From assembly GCA_964016885.1 (NCBI GenBank), contig OZ024758.1:3720001-3784000 (forward strand): DNA of 64,000 nt, given 5' to 3'. Every line of letters starts with the position of its first letter. The stretch's first letter is position 1. The position numbers and the translations under genes were made by a program. Positions 1-13,280 of this stretch are shown here, piece by piece. The DNA comes from Eledone cirrhosa (lineage: Eukaryota). The notes beneath the pieces were generated by a model. It was not told the DNA's origin. It saw only the letters and a program-made list of their open reading frames with translations, and did not search any database.

Positions 1-161
1 GATAAATCGACCACAGTACGTTACTGTTACTTTATCTTATCGACCTCGTAAGGACAAAAGGCTAAGTTAACCTCAATGGAATTTGAACTCATGAAGGGCC
101 GTAATTCTATGTTGCAAAGCATGGCGTCCGACCCACAACCAATACTGCCAATCCACCGCCC
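1..161 (-). mobile_element. tRNA-derived SINE family A, truncated by window edge
   Basis: Reverse complement begins GGGCGGTGGATTGGCAGTAT, has B-box-like GAGTTCAAATTCC and the central ...CCTTACGAGGTCGATAA block shared with the other copies. Confidence 0.85.
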
Positions 162-896
162 TTATAAGAAATAAAGCAGACCATTATTTGTTTTATCGAT
201 ATCCAGCTTTTACTCATTAAATGTACAACTCAATTGAAATGACTAGTATTACCGTGAATTAAACTCATTGTATTAGTTATGCCTTTACATACATTGAATA
301 ACCATCAAAACTTTTATTTACAAGCGAGTTTATAAAATAGATTCATAAAAGAAATTATCATAAGAATAAACAGACAACGTCACAATGGAAATGCGAAATG
401 ATTAAACTAGACATAAATATATGAACTGTTGTATATATATAGGGTTATAGGTTATTTTATTGTTGTATCAGTTAATATAAAATTTTACTAGCTATACTTA
501 CATTATAGTCATGATAATAATTCCTATCATATTCATAGGGTGTAGTCAATTCAGTAAATGTTCACAATACCACTGATGTTTATCGATCCCGAGTGATAAT
601 AGGCAAAGTTAATACACACTTAGACATAGAGGAACATAACTAAATGCCGAAATATATTAATTTCAACACTATATATTTATGATAAGAATAATTCCAAATT
701 TAGCTGCATGATATCGAGAGAGAGTGTTATGTTCTATTGAATAAACTTACATCTGTCATTGACCGCTACTCCTTTGTAAAACCTTTTTTAACCCTTAGAA
801 TTAAACGTCGTGTTTGAAACTAACGTGGTTTTAACTCAAAACCTAATATAACAAAAATCTAATTCTAGAGAAATTTTGCCATTATTTATGATAATA

Positions 897-1302
897 TTGA
901 TTTCTGATTTGGGCACAATGCCAACAATCTTGGGGCAAGGGAAAGTCAATTAAATCGACCCAGTGCCTGACTGGTACTTTATTTTATCAACCCAGTAGGG
1001 ATGAATGGCAAAGTTAACCTCGGCGGGATTTGAACTTAGATCATAATGGGCTGTAACTCTATGCTGCAAAGAGTGACGCCCAACCCTCTACCGATACTGC
1101 CAATCTACTGCCCTATTATAATAATAATTGTTTCTACTTTTGGCACAAGGCCAGCAATTATCCCAATGCATTACTGGTCCTTTATTTTATCGACCCTGTA
1201 AGGATGAAAGGCAAAGTTAACCTCGGCGGGATTTGAAGTTCGTAACTCTATGCTGCAAAGCGTGACACCCGACCCTCTGGCGATACTGCCAATCCACAAC
1301 CC
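897..1302 (-). mobile_element. Two tandem family A SINEs (long variant 897-1113, short variant about 1127-1302)
   Basis: Both show the A/B-box head, AACTTTGCC(T/A)TTCATCC core and TTGTGCC..AGAAA(C/T)CAAT tail; joined by a TTA-rich linker. Confidence 0.9.
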
Positions 1303-2162
1303 TATTTATAATAATAATTAGTTCTAATTTAAGCAAAGTGTCACTTGTTTCACAGAGAATTGCAGTTGATTGTATCAATTGAAGTCCTTAATAGCTACAT
1401 ATGTTATCTACTAAGGGAGATGAAAAGCAAAGATAGCACAATCAGGAGTTAAAGGCACAATTATTTAAAGAACAGTAACTAAATACTGCAAGACATTTAA
1501 TACAGCACTCTGCTCCTTCTATTACCCCCACACAGCCCTATACTTATAATAATAATTTTACACTGTGAACGGATGCAACATTTATAAGTACACAAGGGAA
1601 CAACTTGATGCGGCCATCCATTTTAATTGGAATTTCTATAGCTCCGTCTTTTGACAGAAAGTTGTATTTAACTTAAGAAAGGAAAGGAAAGACAAAAATA
1701 AATTTGTCCTTTAGAGAAAGAAACAGCAATTAAAACTGTCTTAAATGTCATATTTGACATACATTCTATGTGACCATATGACATTCTCCCTATTTCAATT
1801 GCCAGCATCGCATCAGATATTACCTCAAATTTCTTTATTGGCAAATATATAGAAGGACATATATGGGCAGTGGTGGTCAGAGTAAATAGATTTGAATATT
1901 TATCTGAGTTCAAATACTACTGAATTGACTTTTGCTTTCATCCCTCCAGGGTCGTTAAAATCTAAACTGGTATCACGTCATTCGACATCTCTCATTTAAA
2001 TATATGATGTTGCATCTATGTCCGACAATTTATAGTCATAATTAATGATGGACCAATTTCCGTCGCAGTATTTATTTGAATTTGTACGTTTATTAACTTA
2101 ATTTAAAATCTTTTAGTTCAAAACTTGCCGAAGGTTAACCATTTATTTTTCATCCTTTTAGA

Positions 2163-2164
2163 AT

Positions 2165-2246
<82 letters not shown>

Positions 2247-3130
2247 CTGCCCATGTACATATATGTATATACATACGCGCACAGAGACACACATATATAT
2301 GTATAAACGATACTTTATCGTTTTTTTTTACATATATATGTACATATATATATATGTGTATATATATATGTATATATATATGTGTATATATATATGTATA
2401 TATATATGTGTATATATATATGTATATATATATATGTATATATATATGTATATATATATGTATATATATATGTATATATATATGTATATATATATGTATA
2501 TATATATGTATATATATATGTATATATATATGTATATATATATGTATATATATATGTATATATATATGTATATATATATGTATATATATATGTATATATA
2601 TATGTATATATGTATATATATATGTATATATATATGTATATATATATGTATATATATATGTATATATATATATGTATATATATATATGTATATATATATA
2701 TGTATATATATATGTATATATATATATGTATATATATATATGTATATATATATATGTATATATATATGTATATATATATGTATATATATATATGTATATA
2801 TATATATGTATATATATATATGTATATATATATATGTATATATATATGTATATATATATGTATATATATATATGTATATATATATGTATATATATATGTG
2901 TATATATATGTATATATATATGTATATATATATGTGTATATATATGTGTATATATATATGTGTATATATATATGTGTATATATATATGTGTATATATATA
3001 TGTGTATATATATATGTGTATATATATATGTGTATATATATATGTGTATATATGTATGTGTATATATATATGTGTATATATATGTGTATAGATATATGTA
3101 TATATATATGTATATATATATCTATATATA
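2163..3130. repeat. Compound (TA)n/(TATG) microsatellite
   Basis: Direct reading; accounts for the YI/MY/CV ORFs in all frames. Confidence 0.98.
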
Positions 3131-3255
3131 TCACAGAAAGGTGTGATCACCATATCGATCGTGCCTCGAGCTGGTCGCCCGAGAAACATTTGTAATATGT
3201 CCAATAAATTCCTTTCGTCGCAACACTGATTCTCTTTTTTCTGTGATATCATACT
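3131..3255 (+). mobile_element. TA-flanked repeat with decayed hammerhead-like 3' half (family F); paralog at about 5398-5521
   Basis: Shared GATCGT.CCTCGAGCTG.TCG, GAAACAT(TT/AA)GTAATATG and GCAACAC.GATT between the two loci. Confidence 0.5.
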
Positions 3256-3348
3256 CTGCTCTACGAGGGCATTGAGTACTCATACGGTCTGTCGCATACA
3301 GCGTGTTGGACGCTTTAACCATCCAACACCAATTATATATATATATAT

Positions 3349-3498
3349 CGGGTTCAACAGTAAGTAAGGTAGTCAATACATTAATAGAGTGTATACAACT
3401 AATTTAATATAGAAATGGCTTTTACAGGACTAAAACTGTTTACATGGTGATTTCCTTCGTATGTAACAATTCTAGTCCTGTAGAACTTCTATATTAAA
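3349..3498 (-). mobile_element. Foldback element family C, diverged copy
   Basis: Homologous to 30400-30595 (CAGTAAGTAAGGT..TCAATACAT, TACAGGACTA.AACTGTT); imperfect hairpin 3403-3498. Confidence 0.75.
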
Positions 3499-4360
3499 TG
3501 TGTTACCATTAAATTTGGTACTATGCTAGTATATAGAAGATAGGTTGTTTTCGATCCAGAAACTTCTTAATTGTGATCAGAAGATAAGCTCCATTGTAGA
3601 ACATATGCTTACGACAATAGACTATTTCTCTCGTACCGGAAATGGTGCAGCTGTTACAGACATACTCCCACAATTAGCACATCCATATAAACACACACAA
3701 ACACCACTCCCACGCACAAAAGAAACAAAATAGCAACATTCTTATCTGATTGCTTCAGAAATTTCACGAACCATTCTATATTGTTATTAATCATATATAA
3801 AAAAAAAAGGTACCACAAGACGTAAATAGACATATTTTTTTATTTTCATTGAAATAGCATTAAGCTCTCCAATGGATCTCATTCTGCCATTTAAAACATA
3901 AATGGAAATATATCATTTTTTACTAGAGAAGATATGTCTGAAATTTAGATGTGATTGTTAAGCCAGTTGAGACATTTAAGTTTAGTTGTTTATATCTAAA
4001 CAATATATATGTTCGTATACATGTTTGTAGGTAGGTAGATACGTAGGCGTGTAGTTATGTGTGTATATGTATATATATATATGTGTGTATATATCTATCT
4101 ATATATATATATATGTATATATGTATGTATGTAGGTAGGTATATATGTATATATACCTGCAGGATGTCCAAAATCACCCACCTCGCCAAGTAAACTTTGT
4201 GGGGTTGCCGGTTTAGTCGCCGACGAATAAAAACAAAACCTGACAAAGGGCGGAAGAACTCATAAGAGTCAACGGCCATCCAAAAGTGTGTAAATATGTG
4301 TATACACATGTACATGTGTGTGTATATGTGTGTATACATGGGTGCATGTGTATGTATATG

Positions 4361-4716
4361 CGCGGGGGCATAGAAATAGTCGGGCTGGACACCCGATCGC
4401 GCGGTTAAACCACTGGATGTGAAGGACCCCTAGCATTTCTCAGGGCATTCTTCTAGGAGAAGGCAACTCAGGAAACTGGGATAACTCCGATGTAAAACCT
4501 GCGGCTCAGTAGTTACCGATGATGTTCACCTTTTCTTCTTTTCGGGTTATAGCTACTGTCGCTCAGAGAGTGGGATTGGCTCAGTGCAGTCTTTCGTCAC
4601 TTTAAAAAATATCTTCACGCACAGGCATTGCACGATAGAATTAATTAATTATTATTAATAATGGTATATCGTGCAATGGTCATACACGATAACGAGGAGG
4701 CAGCCATCATCATCAT
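4361..4716 (+). mobile_element. Non-autonomous RTE-derived element (5' UTR-like part plus 3' tail)
   Basis: GGGCATTCTTCTAGGAGAAGG RTE 5'-like motif; ends ACGAGGAGGCAGCCATCATCATCAT; shares two blocks with 33318-33603. Confidence 0.6.
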
Positions 4717-5161
4717 GTATATATACATATAATATATATATATATGTATATATACATGTGTGTTTGTGTGTGTGTGTATTTGTGTGTGTATCGACGCCAG
4801 GGTTCTTTATATCTCAAGTGACATATCAAAGTTTCGTAGGCGTGTCCTTTTCAACAGATGGAAAGTTCATGAACGACAGTAGAAAACTGAATGGCCTCGA
4901 GAATAGAAATTATCTGGAAGTATAGAATGAAATAGAACTACAAGAAACTGAAGATCAGTTAATGATAATTGATAGTTGCTAGCTGATGGATGACTTAATG
5001 TGGAGGTGTTGTTATGACACGTTCGCTACAGATGTCTTCCTACTCCTCGGTGCAGCTGCCTTTCTGTTAGATAATACGTGTGTGTACGTGTGTTTGTATG
5101 AATATAATGTATATAATATATGATGTATGATGTATATGCATACGTATATAGAGACGCACAT

Positions 5162-5276
<115 letters not shown>

Positions 5277-5302
5277 ACATATATATATATATATATATAT
5301 GA

Positions 5303-5335
<33 letters not shown>

Positions 5336-5721
5336 AAGATAGAGGGGGGAGAGACGCGGCTCCACACGTTAAAACATATCTGAGGAGTTTCCAATTCCAC
5401 AGTGACGTTCGATCATTAATAGATCGTTCCTCGAGCTGATCGACACAGAAACATAAGTAATATGTAATTAAATATGTATGTGATGCAACACAGATTATTT
5501 GTTCCCTTACATATTAATACTATATATAGAGAGAGATATATAGATATATATACACAGTTCAAGTGTAACCAATCTTAAAGAGAGAGATGGAGATAGGAGA
5601 GGAGAGATTGGTGAATTAATTAGAAGCCAATGTCGTAAAGGCATGTGCTCAATGTGCAATAGGCAGTGGAAGGCAGCTAGGTGGCTGAGTTCATGCGGAG
5701 GTTAGGTGCACAGAGCTGGAA

Positions 5722-5868
5722 ATATTCATTAGTTAAGCAAACCAATACCACAAATTTCGCAAGGAAGACATTATTAAAAGATTGTTAACATATTTTAGAT
5801 GTTGACAATCTTTTAATAATGTCTTCCTTGTGAAATTTGTGGTATTGTTTTGCTTAACTAATGAATAT
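5722..5868. repeat. Near-perfect hairpin, about 70 bp arms, 7 nt loop, abutting (TA)n
   Basis: 5722-5791 is the reverse complement of 5799-5868 with a few mismatches. Confidence 0.92.
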
Positions 5869-6033
5869 ATATATATATATGGAACGGGTTGCAGTTTGCT
5901 TTGGTCACTATTGCTATCAGAGTTAGCAAACATAATTTCTCCCCTTTGCTTCAGTTTATCTAATTTCATTTTGTATTCTTATTTATTCAAATATATACTA
6001 ATACAAACTCCACATACATACACACACTCACAC

Positions 6034-6087
<54 letters not shown>

Positions 6088-6748
6088 GTGTACACAGTAA
6101 ATTAACCGGCGACTTCATGTAAATGTACAAACACATATATCACTATATGAACTTTTCCCGAAAAAAAAAAAAAATCTAATACAGTTTTAAATACAGGTCA
6201 GAGTTTGTTGTAAAATCAATAGGCAGGCAGTGCTTACATACTCTTATCACGCCAAGAACATCTTTTTTAATTAACACTTTCACCAACAGGCCAAGGTAGC
6301 AGAAAGATTGAAGTGCTCTTTGCCACCATTAAGGAAGTGTTACAGGTTACGTCTTCTGCGAATTTTCTCTTCCTCAATACATAGTAAAGTTTGATCTTTT
6401 TTGTTTGAGCTTTTTTTTAGTCGTACACACACAATTACATGAAAACAGGAACCCATATGCACATATACAGAGACATACAAACAGAGATACACACGCAAAC
6501 CTTCACATATACAAACTCATATAAATGATAGTTGTCAATTTATACATATATATATGTTTTGACTCGTAATTCGAGGTGGGTTCTTAGTGTCATGAAGTGT
6601 CATGAGTAATAAAGCCTGGTGGAGACCATCCTTTCCAGGGAAAGAAAGAGAAAAAGTGCTAAATGATGTGACAAAGAGATATAGAGAAAGATTCAACCTC
6701 AGTGGTTGAGTGATATTTTATTTATTACCATTGTGAGTCTAACTAGAA

Positions 6749-6940
6749 GGGCGGTGGATTGGCAGTATCGGTAAAGGGTCGGACGCCATGCTTTGATGCA
6801 TAGAGTTACGGCCCTTTCCATTCTGAGCTCAAATCCCGCCGAGGTTAACTTTGCCTTTCATCCTTACGGGGTCGATAAAATAAAGTACCAGTAATACACT
6901 GGAATAATTGCTGGCTTTGTGCCAAAAGTAGAAACAATTA
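6749..6940 (+). mobile_element. Full-length family A SINE (short variant) with TSD TGAGTCTAACTAG
   Basis: GGGCGGTGGATTGGCAG head to GAAACAATTA tail; TSD at 6734-6746 and 6941-6953. Confidence 0.95.
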
Positions 6941-7033
6941 TGAGTCTAACTAGTATCTTATGAGTCTAACTAGTATCTTATGAGTCTAACTAGTATCTTA
7001 TGAGTCTAACTAGTATCTTATGAGTCTAACTAG
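6941..7033. repeat. 20-bp minisatellite TGAGTCTAACTAGTATCTTA, 4 full copies plus one partial
   Basis: Perfect tandem copies at 6941, 6961, 6981, 7001 and partial at 7021. Confidence 0.97.
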
Positions 7034-7950
7034 TATCTTATGAGTCTAACTAGCATCGACACTAGTAAAGCCTGCGACTATTTCTATTATATTCTTATAC
7101 AAAAACGACATCTGACGTTTATATATTTAGATATGCTTATCTTCAGATCAGATCTGATTGAATACGTGTATGACTAAACACACTCTAGACACGATCATTT
7201 ATCTTAAGTTCATGTTCAACATCCGAAGTTCTGTTTTATATTACAAACAACTCCTAATTCATTCATCGGCCTGTCAGCCAGTGTAAGCCACAATACAGTC
7301 ACGTTTCACTAGAAATAGAGGACAAAACCTCATCAAACTTTACTCTAGAGTGGGAAAAATGGATAAATTAGGTATGCTTGATCTGTACTGACCAGTGGGG
7401 GTACGGAAGAACAAACTAAACAACAACAAAAACCAGCAGTAACAACATATTAAGCTGACATAAATGATGAAAACATCGCAGACATAGATGAAAACATCGC
7501 AAAAATAGATGAAAAGACGAGAAAAATATATTGAGGCTATATTTGAACATTAGAAATATTATAAGTGTAGTCTAACGAAGGTGGCAATCAAGTCTCCAGC
7601 TAATGTAAGTGTCTGGTGTAATGTTGTTGTAAGAGATGACTATTTGATGTAGAACTTTCAGGAATTTTACACTGATTGTATGTTTACTTAAAACAATAGG
7701 TGCATTCGATCACAATTAGTTATTGTAATTTCCATTGGACTCTGGATGTAACTACAGGCTACCTACTGATTTGGAAAACTTGTGCAGAGATAATTATATG
7801 TAACCACAGATATCTAAGTGTCTCAATTAATTTTGAAGTGAAAGAATTTAGTATAACAATTTTAATTAGAAATTTCCATACCTGCTTTTGTCTAGACACG
7901 GTTTTTTTCTTTTAGCTCGAACGATAAAACGATGACTGTATTAGAAGTAT

Positions 7951-8141
7951 AATTATACTTTCTGCTTTTGGCACAAAGCAATTATTCCAGTACATTACTA
8001 GTACTTTATTTTATCGACCCCGTGAGGATCAAAGGCAAAGTTAACCTCAGTAGGATCTGAACTCAGACCATAAAGATGCGTAACCCTATGCTGCAAAGCA
8101 TGGCATCCAACTCTCTACCGATGCTGCCAATCCACCGCTCG
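7951..8141 (-). mobile_element. Family A SINE with TSD TTAGAAGTAT
   Basis: Family motifs on minus strand; TSD at 7941-7950 and 8142-8151. Confidence 0.9.
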
Positions 8142-9649
8142 TTAGAAGTATGTGTATTAAGACTGAGAAAGATTTATTTAATAGCATTTCGGTATTCCAG
8201 CTTGTACTGCAGTTTGTGTCATGTCGACGGCATAGGCAACTCTGTTGTGTATCACAAGAATGCATTGTTAATCGTGTTTCTTGAGCTCCACAACAAGTTC
8301 AAGTCTTTCTGTAAAATAGTTTCCTAATTTAGTAGGAAATGGAATGTACGAATCAGCAGTTATCACGTAAAGCTTCAAAATGTTGCAGAAGCACTTAAGA
8401 AAAGAGAGAGGAAATTTTGTTGATATTGGTGTTGTGTTTAACTGAAGGACAGCTAGAATTTCACAAAAATTACCTGCTGTTTCTAGAAAGTAAGCAAACA
8501 GGTAGAGGATGTTTCTGATGGTTAACTGGTTGATGTTGATGTTGGTGTTGTTTAAATCCAGGACATTTCCAATTGCACACAAATTTACTGCTTTTTCTAG
8601 GAAGTCACCAAAGCACATACAGAATCTCTCTGATGGTGTTATACTTGGGAAATATATCGTTGAAGAGAGTGATAGACAGTAGATACGGGTAAGTCGAGGA
8701 ACACGTAAACTAAAAGGAAGAAATTAGATCGACACTAAATTACATGTGACACAAACAATATAGCCGGACAATCTATCACGCGAAATAATGAGTCAATGAC
8801 AGAACCTCGGCGTGGTCGCTCGACCAGCTAGATATAGCAGTACAGTTAGCCTCAAATCATACTGTATCTATATATCTATATATCTAGGGTAGGTAAAATT
8901 CCCGAAGTTATGTTTCTTTTCAATAGCTGATAATACCTTACCAGTACCACTTGAATAAGGTAATTATTTAACCCATAAATGGGGCCATAACATGTACTAC
9001 TGTTTTGGGCCAGAGCAGACCTGGGAGTGATAGCAACCAAAGGGTAACTCCACATTACCCACAGCTCCTGAACTCCCGAACTGGGGCCTTACCACTTGAT
9101 GCATCTTAATGTCATACCCATATTCTACTGTCTAAATGTAAGAGAAAAAGGTAACATACATTTTCTAATATGTTCGTTGATACAGAATATCGGATACAAA
9201 AATAAAGGAAGCTCACATCTGGATAGTATTTGATCGGGATGTTGTACACGATCAATGCTGACCTGAGGCTTAACCAAAATAATAATAATAACTACAACAT
9301 AAAGAACAACAAGATTGGGAAACGATACGAGATGATAAACCTGTCTGATCCATGTCAGTACGAAAAGTTACGCGTTCAACTAGTGTTCATATTGTTTACG
9401 CACACATTAATGTAGATACGGGATTTTGATATGAAGAAGTATTCTTAACTAGTTAATCTGGATTAAGCGCGTGATAGGAAAATTCGCCGACAACTGACGT
9501 ATAAAAGATGTTCGCAAGGAATTTTACTAAGCCGACATGACACGTACGAGTGTGAAAAAGAAAATATGTATTAAGATCCGGAATCACTCTCTATATCACC
9601 CTCACACTTTCCCCCACACATTTCCGTCCCTCTCTCCCTATCCCCCCAG

Positions 9650-9681
<32 letters not shown>

Positions 9682-9684
9682 AAA

Positions 9685-9689
<5 letters not shown>

Positions 9690-9719
<30 letters not shown>

Positions 9720-9730
9720 ATATATATATC

Positions 9731-9772
<42 letters not shown>

Positions 9773-10108
9773 TGTCTATATATGTGTGTATATATATATG
9801 TGTGTATATATATATGTGTGTATATATATATGTGTGTATATATATATATATGTGTGTATATATATATATGTGTGTATATATATATATGTGTGTATATATA
9901 TATATGTGTGTATATATATGTGTATATATATGTGTATATGTGTATATATATATGTATATGTATATATATATGTATATATAAATGTATATGTATATGTATA
10001 TATATATATGTATATATATATGTATGTATGTATATGTATATATATATATGTGTATATATATGTATGTATATGTATATATATATATGTGTATATATATGTA
10101 TGTATATG

Positions 10109-10141
<33 letters not shown>

Positions 10142-10548
10142 GTATATATATATATGTGTATATATATGTATGTATATGTATATATATATGTGTGTATATA
10201 TATGTATATACATGTATATATATATGTATGTATATATATATATGTATATATATGTATATATGTATGTATATATATATATGTACATATATGTATGTATATA
10301 TATATATATGTATATATGTATGTATATATATATATATATGTACATATATGTATGTATATATATATATATATATGTACATATATGTATGTATATATATATA
10401 TATATATATGTACATATATGTATATATATATATATATGTACATATATATGTACATATATATATGTACATATATATATGTATATATATATATGTATATATA
10501 TATATGTATATATATATATGTATATATATATATGTATATATATATATG

Positions 10549-10593
<45 letters not shown>

Positions 10594-10975
10594 GTATATA
10601 TATATATATGTATATATATATGTATATATATATATATGTATATATATGTATATATATATATATGTATATATATATGTACATATATATATATGTATATATA
10701 TATGTATATGTATATATGTATATGTATATGTATATATATATGTATATATGTTTATGTATATATGTATATGTATATATATGTATATGTATATATATATATG
10801 TATATATGTATATGTATATATATATATGTATATATGTATATATATATATGTATATATATGTATATGTATATGTATATATATGTATGTGTATATATGTATA
10901 TATATGTATATGTATATATGTGTATATATATGTGTATATATATATATATATATGTGTGTGTATATATATATATAT
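9690..10975. repeat. Compound (TA)n/(TATG)/(TG) microsatellite
   Basis: Direct reading. Confidence 0.98.
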
Positions 10976-11656
10976 TCGAGATACGTTCCACTCACACATT
11001 CTCACACGCGCGCTCATACACACAGCACACACCACACACCTCACACCACACACTTCACACCACACACCTCACACATATACACATACATACACGCATGCGT
11101 GAGAAATATAGCAAAAATTGAAAGCTGATATTTCTTGAAACCTTGATAATTTCTTTATCAAGAAATACTTCCGGAAAATATGTGTTTCCGTTAGCAAATC
11201 TTACAGATAGGAAAAATAACATCCCTGTAACATTTCTATTACAATTGTATATAGGGAGCGGGGTGGCTTAAAATCAACCCGACTTGAGAAACATCCAACA
11301 AATCCATAGAGAAACGGTTGTGATAATGCAAGCTTGGTGTCGAACTGAAAGCGACTGTCTTAAAGGGATATTGTTATAATTCCAGCAGCTTTCTATTTTT
11401 CGATGTTTCTATATATATATATGTATGTATTTATTTATTATCATACTAACATATATCGCTGAGATAAACGGAAGGGGATTTGCTTTTATTCTATTTTAGT
11501 CTAGTTTGTTTTGTTTCTATATTTTTTTGTTTAATTTCTTTGTTTTATTGTTTTCTTATTTTAGCAGTTAAGCCGTGATTTAACTCGGAAACTATTGAAT
11601 CAGTTTTTCAGTGCTCTTCAAGCCAAATACATTTTTAAATTTATTCTCATGAATAA

Positions 11657-11730
<74 letters not shown>

Positions 11731-12249
11731 AGGGAGGAGTGTAAAGTAACCGAAGAAAAAGAAGAGGGGAATATATATTCATATATATATATATTCATAT
11801 ATATATATATATATTCATATATATATGTGTGTATGTATATGTATATATATATGTGTGTGTGTGAAAGAGAAAGTCGGTTTGGTTTTAGAAGCGAGATAAA
11901 CAGAACGTAACGCATCAAACATTGTATATATAAGTGAGGCAAACAGCTAAATTCCTGTATGTTGCTTCATAGATAATACATTATATAAGATGGAATAAAT
12001 CACCATTTAGAAAGATTCGATTTTATTGTCATTGATATTAATATCATATTAGACACTTAAACGTGTAGTTATCCTATATTTATTGAAGGTTCGTTAGTTT
12101 ATCATTTAAAATATCTTATTAATATTAACCACATACACACATGCATACATATATCTATAAATATGTGTGTGTGTATATATTCATATATGTTTATGTGTGT
12201 GTGTGAGTGTGTGCCTTATTCAAAGCTCCTCACTAATTTACTACCAACT

Positions 12250-12700
12250 TAACCACCACAACGACGAGTACCAAACTTCTTATTATCACCATTACCACAA
12301 CCACCATCACTACAACCACCATTACCACAACCACCATCACTACAACCACCATCACTACAACCACCATCACTACAACCACCATCACTTCAACCACCATCAC
12401 TTCGAACGGCCTAAACTAATCACCCCACACCACAATTATATGAGTCAACACCAGCGGGATGGTATACTTTGGTGTTGCTGTTGTTGTAGCTTTTGATGCT
12501 GTAATTGTTGTTCCTGTTGTTGCTGTTGATGCTGTATTAGATATTGCTGTTGTTGCTGTTGATGATGTAATTGTTGTTGCTGTTGTTGCTGTGGGTGTTG
12601 TACGTGTTATTATTGTTGTCGTTGTTGATGCTGCATATGTTGTTAGTGCTGTTGATGTTGTATTTGGTGTTGGTGCTGTTGTTGTTGTTGTTTTCACTGG
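12250..12700. repeat. Low-complexity CAC/AAC repeat (15-bp ACAACCACCATCACT units) followed by a GTT/GCT tract
   Basis: Direct reading. Confidence 0.9.
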
Positions 12701-13098
12701 TATTTCTCTAACAAGCCTGCAAATATCCCTCCACAAGATAACACCTTATCTCTAGCAGCACATTTTAAAAGCAAGGCTGGTTCGCTTCTCTACCCCTACC
12801 TTTCCCCTGACCTCCAAATCTTCATCCTCCTCATTTACAATTATCTAAGATGGTCGTTGGCAGAATGCCTTCTGATATTTAGGTATGTTCTGTTATGATT
12901 TGAGTACAAATGCCGCTGGGGTTGACTTTGTCTTTCATCCTTCAGGACGCTTTGAAAGAAGTAACTATGAAGTCAAATACTGATGTTGATTAAATCCATT
13001 ACACGCTACCACCCAAATCTGTGCCCTGCTTCTAATGTTAGGAATTTTGATTAATAATATAACTCGGTGTTGGTAGAATTAGTTGAGCAATGTGTTGG

Positions 13099-13280
13099 TA
13101 ATATTTAGGTTTGTTCCTTTGGTTTTATGTTCAAATCAGATAAAGGGTTATTAATATTTAGGTTCGGTCCTATAGTTTTATGTTCAATTTAGACAAAGTT
13201 TTAGTAATATTTAGGTTTGTTCCTTTGGTTTTATTTTCAATTTAGACAAAGGTTTCGCAAAATTTAGGTTTGGTCCTTTA
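13099..13280. repeat. About 52-bp diverged tandem repeat (TAATATTTAGGTTTGTTCCTTTGGTTTTATGTTCAA...), 3-4 copies
   Basis: Unit restarts near 13100, 13152, 13205 and 13260. Confidence 0.8.

Noticed and set aside
4949-4990. CTGAAGA followed by a hairpin; similar isolated cores near 21658, 34521, 44744 and 48412
   Set aside because: GAAA or stem I/III complementarity is missing; expected by chance.
6749-6845. tRNA gene
   Set aside because: The A/B boxes belong to a SINE head with a tail and TSD; no cloverleaf can be built.
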